Positions 17,088-26,480 of a stretch of DNA of 28,291 bases are shown here, piece by piece (within the stretch, counting starts at the first letter, position 1; the number at the start of each line of letters is the position of its first letter). Both the position numbers and the translations under genes were made by a program. The stretch comes from an uncultured Candidatus Peribacteria bacterium (GTDB lineage: Bacteria > Patescibacteriota > Gracilibacteria > UBA1369 > CAYGJQ01): the NCBI GenBank assembly GCA_964350285.1, contig CAYGJQ010000015.1, positions 1 to 28,291 of the forward strand, written 5' to 3'. Below the pieces are notes generated by a model that saw nothing but the letters and a program-made list of their open reading frames with translations, made no database searches and had not been told where the DNA came from.

Positions 17088-18434
17088 ATGGTCGTCCGCC
17101 GTCACAATTCGATGATTTCCCAGAAAAGCCTTGTCTTCAGTCTTCTTTTCAGTGATCTCACCACTTTCATCCTCAGTTTTTTCGCCGCTTACTACCTCCG
17201 CAACAATTTTTTCTCAACTCAAATCCAACCATTAGAAATCTACGCCCAAGCACTCCCCGTCGTTGCCGCACTATTACTGATCATTTTCTATCTCAACGGT
17301 CTCTATTACAACAAAACTCGCCTCACATCAGTCAGCGAACTCTACTCCGTCACCAAGGCCACTACTTTTGTGATCATCCTGATTATGGCCGGTTCTTTTC
17401 TCAATAAATATGATTACTCCCGCGGCGTTGTCCTGATTTTCTGGTTTACCAGTTTAACTTTTATTAATACCGGTCGCATCATTGTCCGTACCATCCAAAA
17501 GCATATTGTCCAGCAGGGGAAAGGGATTACCCGCATCGCCATTGTTGGTTCTGGCCATCACGCTGCTGAAATTGAGAAATCTCTCACCCGTTTTTATCAT
17601 CTCGGATACCGTGTCGTCACTAAAATCAAACCCACTAATCTCCATGATTTACCCCAAATCATTGCCCGCCAACAAATCCAAGAAGTCTACCTCGCCGACC
17701 CTGAAATTCCCCACGAACAAATTCTCAACACCATCGCCGCCTGCGAAAAAACTAACGCTTCATTCAAAGTAATCTCCAATCTTTTCGGCATCCTTACTCC
17801 CCACATGGACGTCTACAACCTCGAAGGCATCCCCGCTATCAATCTCAACCGCAGCCGTCCCAACATCCTCTACCTCACCACCAAACGTCTCATCGATATC
17901 AGCGCCAGCATTATTCTAATAGTCCTACTCTCCCCAATTTTCATCATCATCTCCATTGCCATCCGTCTCGATTCCAAAGGCCCGGCCATTTTTAGTCATC
18001 AACGCGTCGGTCATCGCGGTAAAAAATTCATCCTCCACAAATTCCGCACGATGACTTCCAATACCAGAAAACAAGCCATCGCCCCCCGCCAAGCCGGCGA
18101 TCCTCGGGTTACCAAATTCGGCAGTTTCCTCCGCCGTACCAGTCTCGACGAACTCCCTCAGCTCTGGAACGTTTTCAAGGGGGAAATGTCTCTAGTTGGT
18201 CCCCGTCCCGAAATGCCCTTCATCGTCGCTGAATACAATCAATGGCAACTCCAGCGTCTCAAAGCCAAACCCGGCATCACCGGACTCTGGCAAATTCTTG
18301 GGCGCAAGGACCTCCCCTTACACGAAAATCTCGAATACGATATATATTATATTAACAATCAGTCCCTTCTCCTCGACGTCATTATTCTTTTCAAAACCAT
18401 CGGAGCTGTCATCAATGCAAAAGGCGCTTATTAA
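17088..18434 (+). CDS. Polyprenyl-phosphate sugar phosphotransferase (WcaJ/WbaP family)
   Basis: N-terminal TM helices, a Rossmann-like IAIVGSG segment, KFRTM, RRTSLDELPQLWNV, SLVGPRPE, KPGITG and D.YY. Confidence 0.96.
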   Translation: MVVRRHNSMISQKSLVFSLLFSDLTTFILSFFAAYYLRNNFFSTQIQPLEIYAQALPVVAALLLIIFYLNGLYYNKTRLTSVSELYSVTKATTFVIILIMAGSFLNKYDYSRGVVLIFWFTSLTFINTGRIIVRTIQKHIVQQGKGITRIAIVGSGHHAAEIEKSLTRFYHLGYRVVTKIKPTNLHDLPQIIARQQIQEVYLADPEIPHEQILNTIAACEKTNASFKVISNLFGILTPHMDVYNLEGIPAINLNRSRPNILYLTTKRLIDISASIILIVLLSPIFIIISIAIRLDSKGPAIFSHQRVGHRGKKFILHKFRTMTSNTRKQAIAPRQAGDPRVTKFGSFLRRTSLDELPQLWNVFKGEMSLVGPRPEMPFIVAEYNQWQLQRLKAKPGITGLWQILGRKDLPLHENLEYDIYYINNQSLLLDVIILFKTIGAVINAKGAY

Positions 18435-18442
18435 TTCGCTTC

Positions 18443-20446
18443 ATGAAACGATCATCTACCAAAATTTACCCCAAACTACCTTTCTATTTGCTGGTAGTTC
18501 TCATCCCTCTGGTCCATCTCCCTTTCATCAACGCTTCAGTTTTCGCCGCACCAAAACTTTTAGTTTTACGACTCATCACTTTTACAACTTTGGCTTTCAT
18601 TAGCTATCAAGTCTTCGTTAGTCGACAGTTCATTTTTCGCGAATCACGTTTCAATTTATTGTTGCTTGGCTACGCTGCCGCCACTTTCTTATCGACTATT
18701 TTTTCAGAGTTCGTCTACACCAGTCTTCTTGGCATCGACGGCCGGTTTATCGGCCTTTTCACGATGATCAATTTTTTCATCCTCGCCTTCCTCGCTTTCA
18801 ACACTTTTAAAAAAACTCAAGAACTTCGGCCAATTCTCAAAGTCTCACTGATTGTCTCAACCCTCACCGCCGTTTACGGAATTATCCAAGATCAAATCTG
18901 GTTCGAAGAGCTCACTCGCAACATTTTCCAGTGGGGGATTAGCCCGACGCTTCGGACCTTTTCTACCTTCGGTCACAGCAATCATTTTGCTCTCTATCTT
19001 GGTATGCATCTCCCGATCGCCATTTATTTTGCGCTCACTCCCAAAAACAGTCTTCATCAAAAATTGCCTTATTATATCAGCAGTCTCTTATTGATTTGGG
19101 CCCTCTTCACTACCGGTAGTCGAGGAGCCCTCATTGCTACAGCGATCGCCGTAATCGGCTTGGTGTTTTGGCTTATGTATCAATCAAATAGCCGCCGAAA
19201 AAAGAATATTACAATTGGGTTTTTCATCGCTCTGCTTGCCATCTTAGCCATCATCTGCTTTACCCCTCTTAAGCAAACTTTCAACGAGTTCACAGTGGTT
19301 AAGCGTTTCAACGAAACCATCAGCCAAGTCCAAAAAGGTCACGTCACCGACCGCCAAAGCTGGTGGTATAGCAGTATCTCCATGTGGAAAGACGCCCCCA
19401 TCTTCGGCCACGGCCTCTCCACCTTCGCCGACACCTACAACCGTTATCGCCGCACAGATTACGTTCTTCAAGAAGACTATCAAGACATTACCGTCCCCCA
19501 TTACGCCCACATGGATTATTTGAATCTTCTCGCCACCCAGGGGATCATCGGTCTTCTCACTTATCTTGTGCTAATCCTTTGGGTTTTCCTTCAAGTCTTC
19601 CGTTACATCCGCAATCCGCGTATCAAAAACGAAGATAAAATTCTCATTTTCACTCTTGCAACCGCAATCTCCATTTATCTCCTCAACATGTTCGTTAATT
19701 TCGGCGTGATCTCTACACTCACCTTTTTCTATCTTTTCCTTGGCGCCCTCACCGGCATCACCTCCAAGGCTTCTTTTCATCAAAGCAAACGCTGTATCGC
19801 CACCATCAGCATCACAATTTTAGTTTTTGCTGCTGTTGCTACATTATACTCAATCACTCAATACTCCGCCGACGTCTTCAAATCCCGCGCCGAAAAATCC
19901 CGCTTCAGCGCTCAAGAAGAAAACTATGAACGCGCCATTTGGTTGGTCCCTTATGAATTTAGCTACTACGCTGACTACGCTGACCTCCTCGTCCAAAAAG
20001 CCCAAGTCAGCGACGATATCGCTTACTCTCAAGACAATATCAAGCGTGCCCTTTTACTTTACCTTAAGGCTGAATCAATCAACGATTCTCATCCCTATCT
20101 CAACAATCACATTGCCATTGCCTACAAAGAACTCTTAAAAATCGCCGCCGACAACGGCGATCCTGCCAATTATGATAAATACCACGAAGCTGCCACCGCC
20201 AATTACCAAAAAGCCATCGCAAAAGGCCCAAACAACCCTCGTTACCTCTACAATTTCGCCCAATTCGAATACACTTCCGGCCGTTACCAAAAAGCCATCG
20301 ATCTCTATCTTCAAATCCTCGAAATCCGCGCCCCCTACCGCAACGTCTACAACCGACTTCAACAAAGCTACCAAAAACTCGGCAACCAAGAAAAAGCCGA
20401 TTACTACGGCGAAAAGACTGAGGAGCAGTTTCAAGATGCCGGTTAG
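18443..20446 (+). CDS. O-antigen ligase / O-oligosaccharyltransferase family (Wzy_C) protein with C-terminal TPRs
   Basis: About 12 TM segments, STFGHSN, TGSRGA, R..W, GHG..TF, AHMDYL..L...GIIG and TPR-like repeats after about aa 470. Confidence 0.92.
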   Translation: MKRSSTKIYPKLPFYLLVVLIPLVHLPFINASVFAAPKLLVLRLITFTTLAFISYQVFVSRQFIFRESRFNLLLLGYAAATFLSTIFSEFVYTSLLGIDGRFIGLFTMINFFILAFLAFNTFKKTQELRPILKVSLIVSTLTAVYGIIQDQIWFEELTRNIFQWGISPTLRTFSTFGHSNHFALYLGMHLPIAIYFALTPKNSLHQKLPYYISSLLLIWALFTTGSRGALIATAIAVIGLVFWLMYQSNSRRKKNITIGFFIALLAILAIICFTPLKQTFNEFTVVKRFNETISQVQKGHVTDRQSWWYSSISMWKDAPIFGHGLSTFADTYNRYRRTDYVLQEDYQDITVPHYAHMDYLNLLATQGIIGLLTYLVLILWVFLQVFRYIRNPRIKNEDKILIFTLATAISIYLLNMFVNFGVISTLTFFYLFLGALTGITSKASFHQSKRCIATISITILVFAAVATLYSITQYSADVFKSRAEKSRFSAQEENYERAIWLVPYEFSYYADYADLLVQKAQVSDDIAYSQDNIKRALLLYLKAESINDSHPYLNNHIAIAYKELLKIAADNGDPANYDKYHEAATANYQKAIAKGPNNPRYLYNFAQFEYTSGRYQKAIDLYLQILEIRAPYRNVYNRLQQSYQKLGNQEKADYYGEKTEEQFQDAG

Positions 20447-20483
20447 CTTCTAAGGGAGGGGGACTTTAGTAAAAGTTTAGACA

Positions 20484-20702
20484 TTGGGCATGGTTAAAGA
20501 CAGGCCTGATGGTAGTAGAAAAACGAATCTCCGCTTCCTTAGCTGCCATTCAGCCCCTTTCATCCCCCTCCATTCTGGCCTCCACCTTACTGACAAATTT
20601 AGAAGACCTATCCTTCATTTCTAACCTAATAAATGCCTCTGCTGTTAGCTAACACCTTCACCCTACCAACCAAATATGAAATTTTTCGAAAATTTTTATG
20701 AA
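20484..20702. repeat. Dispersed intergenic repeat, copy B
   Basis: Reverse complement of 12807-13019. Shares the palindrome TGTTAGCTAACA (20643-20654 / 12855-12866). Confidence 0.9.
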
Positions 20703-20765
20703 AAAAGATGAAATAAAAGAATAGGCATTGAGGCCAAAACTCCCAATCTCTTAATTTCTAACCTC

Positions 20766-21323
20766 CTATCTTCCCCTCATCCAAGCCAAAAACTCCTTAT
20801 TCTTCCCTTTGCCTCCAAGAATCGGCGATTCAATCGTTCCTTTAATTTCCAACGGCAAATCTTTTAGTTCCTCCTCCACCCGCGCCATAATCTCCGGCAA
20901 CTTTTCATCCGGAATTTTTCCATCAACCAAAGCCCTTCGGCCAGCTTCGTAATGGGGTTTTACTAACGTCACAATCTGTCCATTATCTTTCAGTAATTCC
21001 AATGCTTTGGGAATAATCAGCTTCTGCTTCGTCCACCCCACATCAATTGAAATAAAGTCCACTTTCTCCGGGAATTCCACATGCAGCGCATTCTGTCTTT
21101 CCCTCACTACTACTCGCTCATCATTTCGTAGCTTCCAATCCAAAACGCCATATCCCGTATCGACTGCAAAAACTCGGGTTGCGCCATTTTGCAAGGCACA
21201 ATCTACAAAACCACCAGTGCTACAGCCCAAATCCGCACATACAAGACCTTCAAGATCAATTTGAAAGACCTCTAAGGCGTGTGCTAATTTTTCTCCTGCT
21301 CGGGACACAAATTGGTTTGTCAT
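20766..21323 (-). CDS. tlyA: TlyA-family rRNA 2'-O-methyltransferase lacking the N-terminal S4 domain
   Basis: FVSRAGEKL, DLGCSTGGF, AVDTGYG, IDV and LVKPHYE. The start is placed at ATG 21323 because the upstream TTG lies inside the promoter. Confidence 0.9.
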   Translation of the reverse strand: MTNQFVSRAGEKLAHALEVFQIDLEGLVCADLGCSTGGFVDCALQNGATRVFAVDTGYGVLDWKLRNDERVVVRERQNALHVEFPEKVDFISIDVGWTKQKLIIPKALELLKDNGQIVTLVKPHYEAGRRALVDGKIPDEKLPEIMARVEEELKDLPLEIKGTIESPILGGKGKNKEFLAWMRGR

Positions 21324-21329
21324 AGATAT

Positions 21330-21380
21330 GTTATAAAACAAAAGTTTTAATTTGACAACGGGGTGCTTTTACCGTACTAT
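21330..21380. promoter_or_regulatory. Back-to-back sigma70 promoters sharing one -35 region
   Basis: + strand: TTGACA (21352-57), 17 nt, TACTAT (21375-80). - strand: TTGTCA (21358-53), 17 nt, TATAAC (21335-30). Confidence 0.75.
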
Positions 21381-21419
21381 CTGCACCTTTGTCTCGCAAA
21401 GGGCTAACATGTTTTTACC

Positions 21420-23177
21420 ATGAAAGGGATTAAGTTAGAAAACAAGTATAGTTGCGCCGAAAAAAATCTTCTTCCGGAGGCAAGTTTCAACGAGTCCAAT
21501 GGTACTGCCGAGGGCTTTCCCGATCACAGCGATTTTCAAGCAGGTATCAATGATGCCCTAGGAGGTAACCCCTTCGAGCCCAATAGTGGCGTTTACCAAC
21601 AAGCGTACACTTCGAGCCAGCGGTGGCTCGTTTCTGAGGCAAAACGCTCTTTAGACGGAAATTTGCAGAGTTGTATTCGCGGTCTCGAGAATTATTTGAC
21701 GTTACTTCATTCTCAAGGGAAAGAAATGTTGCTTTTCAGGGATCAAGGAACTATTGGCAAGATCTATGATGCTTTGTATCACATCGTTACCAATAAGTTA
21801 GATCAATCTCAGCCGCTCACGATGTTGCATCGTAAGCTAATAGATGTCGTCGGAAGAATGGAAAGTTTTCGGAAGCGATATCAGCAAATACCAGCAGATC
21901 AAAATCATCAAGTAGCGGAAACTTCGGATTTAATACTTAAAATTTGGGCAGAGATTTTAGAGTGGGTTTTGCTCTACATTCAAAATGCAAGCGATGGTCT
22001 GGAGGAACTAACTTACCGCCATCACAAGATGTTAAAAATTGGCATCGAGGCTGCTGGGCATACCAATTCCCACCATCATGTTCTTAAATTAGGAAAAAAG
22101 CATTCTGAATTTAGGCCCAGCGATTCGGAAGTTCATTTTCAGGTCGCTCAATCCGCATTTGCCGTTGGTGATTATAATTTAGCCTTTAAGCTAGGAGCAA
22201 AGTCTTATAAAAAAATGCGCAAAAAGAGCTTTCCTGATGCCCAGGAGCAGAAAACTATCCTCAGTAAGTTGCTAGCAATTTGTGCTAACAAGCTGGGTTT
22301 TCACGGATACGTAATCCACTATGCCAAAGAGTTTGCCGACAATGGAGGGAACGATGAGCAGCTAGCTGACATTTTAGCTAAGGCTCATTTTTCAATCGCC
22401 ATCCAGCAAGGAAATCGTAAGCGCGCCGCAGAGTTAGCCACTACAATCCTTCAACAAGATATCAATCAATACCAGTCTTATCTTGCTTTATTTGACTATG
22501 CCTTCATCCAAGGAGACTACTATCAGGCCTTCGGCTACCTTTGGGATTGCATGGATTCACTCGATCCTGCCAATTCCGAACAGTGCGCTAGTTTTGCTGA
22601 ATCCATCTACCGCATGCTCGATATCACTCTTCGCCACAACAAAAAGGAGTCCTATATCTATTGGGCTCAGGAGTTTTTCAAATATTCAGACCGGGGAAAG
22701 CGCCATGAACTGATATTAAACCATCTTGCTCGCAGCAATAAGTGGCAGTGGATACTTGAAATTTCCGACCAACTGAGTGAGGAACATCAGGCTCTGGTTG
22801 CTGACTATATTGATGAAGCAAATGCCAATATATTCGGCGAGACATTGGCAACAGAAGAGCTTTCTGCCATCGAGCTAGAACAACAAATACCGCAAGATGA
22901 AAATTCCGAACTTCCAATCATTCAACTACTAGATGAAGAAGCATCGTCAAAGGATTCTCAAGATGCTATCAAAGCACTTACCCCAGACCAGAAACAACAG
23001 CGTCTGGCTAAAACTCCACCTCATTCAGTACCGGTAGAGAAATTGCTCAACGAAGTAAAATCTCCAGCTTCGATTAAAAAAACTACCCGGCCCCGTGAGT
23101 TTAAGTCTCACGATTCACCGGGTAGATTTAAGCAGTTTTGGCTCAACTTAGTTCAAAAACTTAAGCTAACCTCCTAG
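21420..23177 (+). CDS. Orphan TPR-like helical repeat protein, probable paralog of 8889-10667
   Basis: 585-aa ORF. ILKIWAEILEWVLLYIQN aligns with IMHLWREIADWVKYYFEN, and AQSAFAVGDYNLAF aligns with ASAYYNLGDWDNAF. Confidence 0.8.
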   Translation: MKGIKLENKYSCAEKNLLPEASFNESNGTAEGFPDHSDFQAGINDALGGNPFEPNSGVYQQAYTSSQRWLVSEAKRSLDGNLQSCIRGLENYLTLLHSQGKEMLLFRDQGTIGKIYDALYHIVTNKLDQSQPLTMLHRKLIDVVGRMESFRKRYQQIPADQNHQVAETSDLILKIWAEILEWVLLYIQNASDGLEELTYRHHKMLKIGIEAAGHTNSHHHVLKLGKKHSEFRPSDSEVHFQVAQSAFAVGDYNLAFKLGAKSYKKMRKKSFPDAQEQKTILSKLLAICANKLGFHGYVIHYAKEFADNGGNDEQLADILAKAHFSIAIQQGNRKRAAELATTILQQDINQYQSYLALFDYAFIQGDYYQAFGYLWDCMDSLDPANSEQCASFAESIYRMLDITLRHNKKESYIYWAQEFFKYSDRGKRHELILNHLARSNKWQWILEISDQLSEEHQALVADYIDEANANIFGETLATEELSAIELEQQIPQDENSELPIIQLLDEEASSKDSQDAIKALTPDQKQQRLAKTPPHSVPVEKLLNEVKSPASIKKTTRPREFKSHDSPGRFKQFWLNLVQKLKLTS

Positions 23178-23783
23178 CTGTTCATAGGTTTTCGAAGCTT
23201 TCTCTTCATTCTCAGATCGTAAACGATAAATCATTTCGGCCATTTCACCACGAGTTACTAAGTGTTCAAAACTTTGGACCGAAGTTGGGATCGCATTTTT
23301 TGCTTCAAGCGCCTTTACATAGGTTTTATACCAAGGACCATCACCTTCTTTTGTTTCTAGCTCCGCCGCATTGGCAATAATTTTCGCTGCTTCTACAAAA
23401 GAAATTTTCTTTTCAGGTTTAAAAGTTAGATCAGGGTATCCTTGCACTAGTTCATAGCGGTTTGCAAAACAAACATATGTCGCAAACCAAGCCTTTTCCG
23501 GCACGTCATCAAAACAGTAGTTTGCCGTAAAGTTTTGGTACTGAATTTTTTGGAAACCCAGCACAACAATCTTCGTAAATTCCGCCCGATTAATTGTGTT
23601 CCCCGGTTTAAAGGTCCCGTCAGCATAGCCATTTACCACTCCTTGTCCTTCTACATAGCTCACCGCATCAAACCACGGATCAGTTACTTTAATGTCTGAA
23701 AAACGATTGAACGCCGCCATCGCACTCATCGGCACAGCCAAAACAGCAACGATTGCAATCGCTATTAGTTTTAAACGATTCAT
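23166..23783 (-). CDS. Secreted S-layer homology (SLH) domain protein
   Basis: Signal peptide from MNRLKLIAIAIVAV. SLH repeats FSDI...W...GVVNGYADGTFKPGNTINRAEF, FDDV...GYPDLTFKPEKKISFVEA and VTRGEMA. Confidence 0.93.
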   Translation of the reverse strand: MNRLKLIAIAIVAVLAVPMSAMAAFNRFSDIKVTDPWFDAVSYVEGQGVVNGYADGTFKPGNTINRAEFTKIVVLGFQKIQYQNFTANYCFDDVPEKAWFATYVCFANRYELVQGYPDLTFKPEKKISFVEAAKIIANAAELETKEGDGPWYKTYVKALEAKNAIPTSVQSFEHLVTRGEMAEMIYRLRSENEEKASKTYEQLGG

Positions 23784-23885
23784 AATTAAAACTTTAAGAT
23801 TAGTAAACTCGTTATAACAAAGAACTCCCCAAAACGACAAGAATATTGTATAGTAATAAACAGCTTTATCATTAACTCTTCATAT

Positions 23886-24080
23886 ATGAAAAGTTGCTCT
23901 TGGACTATGTCTGGTATGTGCGCCGGCATTTTGATGATTGTCTTCGGTGTGCTTTTTCTCCTTGGCACTACTGGTATTTGGCCAGAGTTCACCTTTAGCA
24001 AATACTGGCCAGTAGTGGTGATTGTAGTTGGCATTCATTCGCTCGTATGTCACTGTGGATGCAAAAACTGTAAGAAATAG
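23886..24080 (+). CDS. Small membrane protein, DUF5668/LiaF-TM-like, with a Cys-rich tail
   Basis: GILMIVFGVLFLL...W......YWPVVVIVVG pattern followed by CHCGCKNC. Confidence 0.75.
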   Translation: MKSCSWTMSGMCAGILMIVFGVLFLLGTTGIWPEFTFSKYWPVVVIVVGIHSLVCHCGCKNCKK

Positions 24081-24085
24081 AATCA

Positions 24086-24961
24086 ATGGAAAATTACGGC
24101 TGGTTATTACTCTCAATCCTCGCTGCTTTTGCTCAGGCCAGCCGTAATTTATTTATGAAAGACCTCGGTCATAAACTTGATGAATACATCAACGTCTGGG
24201 GCCGCTTTACTTTTTTATTGCCGTTCACTTTCCTCATCAACTGGTACGTTGGCTTTCCTGAGATCCAGCCTGGTTTTTGGTTGAATTCGTTGGCTGCCGC
24301 TTCCTCCGTGACCATCGCTACATTGCTTTTGTCCAAAGCTTTTAAATACGGCCATATTTCAGAAGCCACGGCGATTTGGAAAATCGGCATTGTTATCTTT
24401 TTGATCCTCGGAGTCATCTTTCTTGATGAACAACCCAGCCTCCTCGGTATCATCGGAATCTTCATAGTTTTAATTGGTGTCTACCTCTTAAATATTTCCA
24501 AGGCCCACGTCTCCTGGTTTCAGCCGATCAAATTGTTGTTCACCGATCGCGGCATGCGCTACGCCCTTCTCGCCGCCATCACCGTTGCCCCCGCCATGAT
24601 GTTTTTCAAAACCACTTCCCAGCTCTCTAACGGTTACTTTTCCGGCATGGTTAATTACGCCCTTGCTTCCGTGATGATGTTCCCCCTGGTCCTCAAAGAA
24701 TCCCGCCAACATTTCAAGATCATTCCCCAGCACCTCGGCGCTTTCCTGGGGATGGGGCTTGCCGCGGCCGTTACCACTATTGCCAGCAATATCGCTTACG
24801 TCCAAACTGTTGGCGCTTATGTCGAAGGCATCAAGCAAATCGAAATTATATTCGTCTTCATTTTCGGCGCTCTATTTTTCCAAGAAGCCCAGCGGATCAA
24901 AGAGATCTGGCTCGGCTCCAGCGTGATCGTTGGTGGGATGTTGTTGATCATCTTTTCTTAG
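24086..24961 (+). CDS. EamA/DMT family transporter
   Basis: About 10 TM segments in two repeats, with KAFKYGHIS...I and LGVIFLDEQPSLLGIIG. Confidence 0.92.
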   Translation: MENYGWLLLSILAAFAQASRNLFMKDLGHKLDEYINVWGRFTFLLPFTFLINWYVGFPEIQPGFWLNSLAAASSVTIATLLLSKAFKYGHISEATAIWKIGIVIFLILGVIFLDEQPSLLGIIGIFIVLIGVYLLNISKAHVSWFQPIKLLFTDRGMRYALLAAITVAPAMMFFKTTSQLSNGYFSGMVNYALASVMMFPLVLKESRQHFKIIPQHLGAFLGMGLAAAVTTIASNIAYVQTVGAYVEGIKQIEIIFVFIFGALFFQEAQRIKEIWLGSSVIVGGMLLIIFS

Positions 24962-26412
24962 TCCCGCGGCCCAGAAGGGATCCCTTCCAAAATCCATTCC
25001 TTCGCCCGTTTAATCTTCACTGGAATAATTTGTCCCGTGAAGTCTCGGCGGGAATTAACATACACTTCTTTGTAGTCTTCAGTACGACCTTTATTGATTC
25101 CATTTTCATTTTTCTCAACCAATACTTTCACAATTTTTCCGACATACTCTTTGTTTTTCTCATGCGAAATCCCCATCATCAAATCATTCACCGCATGCCA
25201 CCGGCGCCGTTTCTCTTTCGCCGGCACATCATCTTCCATTAGTCGGGTAGCAACAGTCCCTTTCCTCGACGAATATTGCGCAATATAAGCCATGTCCCAC
25301 TTCACTTCTTTAAACAAATTATAAGTATCCATAAATTCTTCCTCCGTCTCCCCACAAAATCCCACAATCAGATCAGTAGTAATCACACACCCCGGAACTT
25401 CTTTACGCAACAGATCAATAATCTCCAAATAATGCTCTTTCGTATGACTCCGATTCATCCGCGCCAACACTGCGTCATTCCCACTTTGCAAAGGCAGGTG
25501 CACATAAGGTTTCAAAGTCTCCAAATCACGAATTGCATAGACCAACGCCTTCGAGAAATTCCATGGATTGCTAGAAGTAAACCGCACTCGTTGCAGCCCT
25601 TTGGCTTTCAGCGCATCCACTTTTTTCATCAACTGCACAAACGGCGGATTGTTTTCCATATCCGAATAATCAAAGGCCCCTTCTTTCTTTTTATCCGCAA
25701 TCGTAATCCCATAAGAATTCACATTCTGCCCCACCAACGTAATTTCCAATGCCCCATCCGCCACCATTTTCTCTGCTTCCTCCATCACCTCATCCATCGA
25801 CCGACTAAACTCCCGACCGCGCGAATAGGGAACAATACAGTAAGTACAAAATTTATCGCAGCCACTCATAATCGGCAGGAAACGTTGGAACTTCGTCACA
25901 TTCTTCGGATTGATCTGAAAATAATTATCGGTACTAGAAACATGCCCTTCAAAATCCACCGCCTCCGGATCAAATTCCGTGAGTAACTTCGGCAACTCCA
26001 ACAAATCCTTAATCGGAAAAATCAGATCCAACTTCGAAATCTGTTTCAAAATCGCATCTTTCTCTTCCGAAAACCGCGTACTGGGAATCCGTGCCATACA
26101 ACCCGTCACCCCAATCACCAGCCCTGGCCGGTGTTTCCGAATCAGCGACATCTTATGAATCATACTAAACACCTTGTCTTCCGCTTTTTGTCTAATCGAA
26201 CAAGTATTGAATAACACAAAATCCGCATCTTCCATTTTATCCGCTTGTTGATAGCCAATCTTTTCTAGCAACGTCGCCGTCCGTTCACTATCAGAATAAT
26301 TCATCTGACAACCGAAGGTGTGAATGTAATAAGATTTCACTTTCGGCTGATTCCCCAATTTTACATCTTGAAGCGAGAGGCCTTTCGGCGGCGTAGCTGT
26401 AGCAGGATTCAT
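24958..26412 (-). CDS. miaB: tRNA-2-methylthio-N6-dimethylallyladenosine synthase
   Basis: TFGCQMNYSDSE, NTCSIRQKAE, GCM, radical-SAM CDKFCTYC, IVPYSRGRE, GQNVNSYG, HLPLQSG and a C-terminal TRAM domain. Confidence 0.96.
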   Translation of the reverse strand: MNPATATPPKGLSLQDVKLGNQPKVKSYYIHTFGCQMNYSDSERTATLLEKIGYQQADKMEDADFVLFNTCSIRQKAEDKVFSMIHKMSLIRKHRPGLVIGVTGCMARIPSTRFSEEKDAILKQISKLDLIFPIKDLLELPKLLTEFDPEAVDFEGHVSSTDNYFQINPKNVTKFQRFLPIMSGCDKFCTYCIVPYSRGREFSRSMDEVMEEAEKMVADGALEITLVGQNVNSYGITIADKKKEGAFDYSDMENNPPFVQLMKKVDALKAKGLQRVRFTSSNPWNFSKALVYAIRDLETLKPYVHLPLQSGNDAVLARMNRSHTKEHYLEIIDLLRKEVPGCVITTDLIVGFCGETEEEFMDTYNLFKEVKWDMAYIAQYSSRKGTVATRLMEDDVPAKEKRRRWHAVNDLMMGISHEKNKEYVGKIVKVLVEKNENGINKGRTEDYKEVYVNSRRDFTGQIIPVKIKRAKEWILEGIPSGPRD

Positions 26413-26480
26413 ATGAAAATTTACACGTGTCTCAATTTGTACAATAAGAATTGCCAGCTAGCAAGGTTGATCCAATGAAT

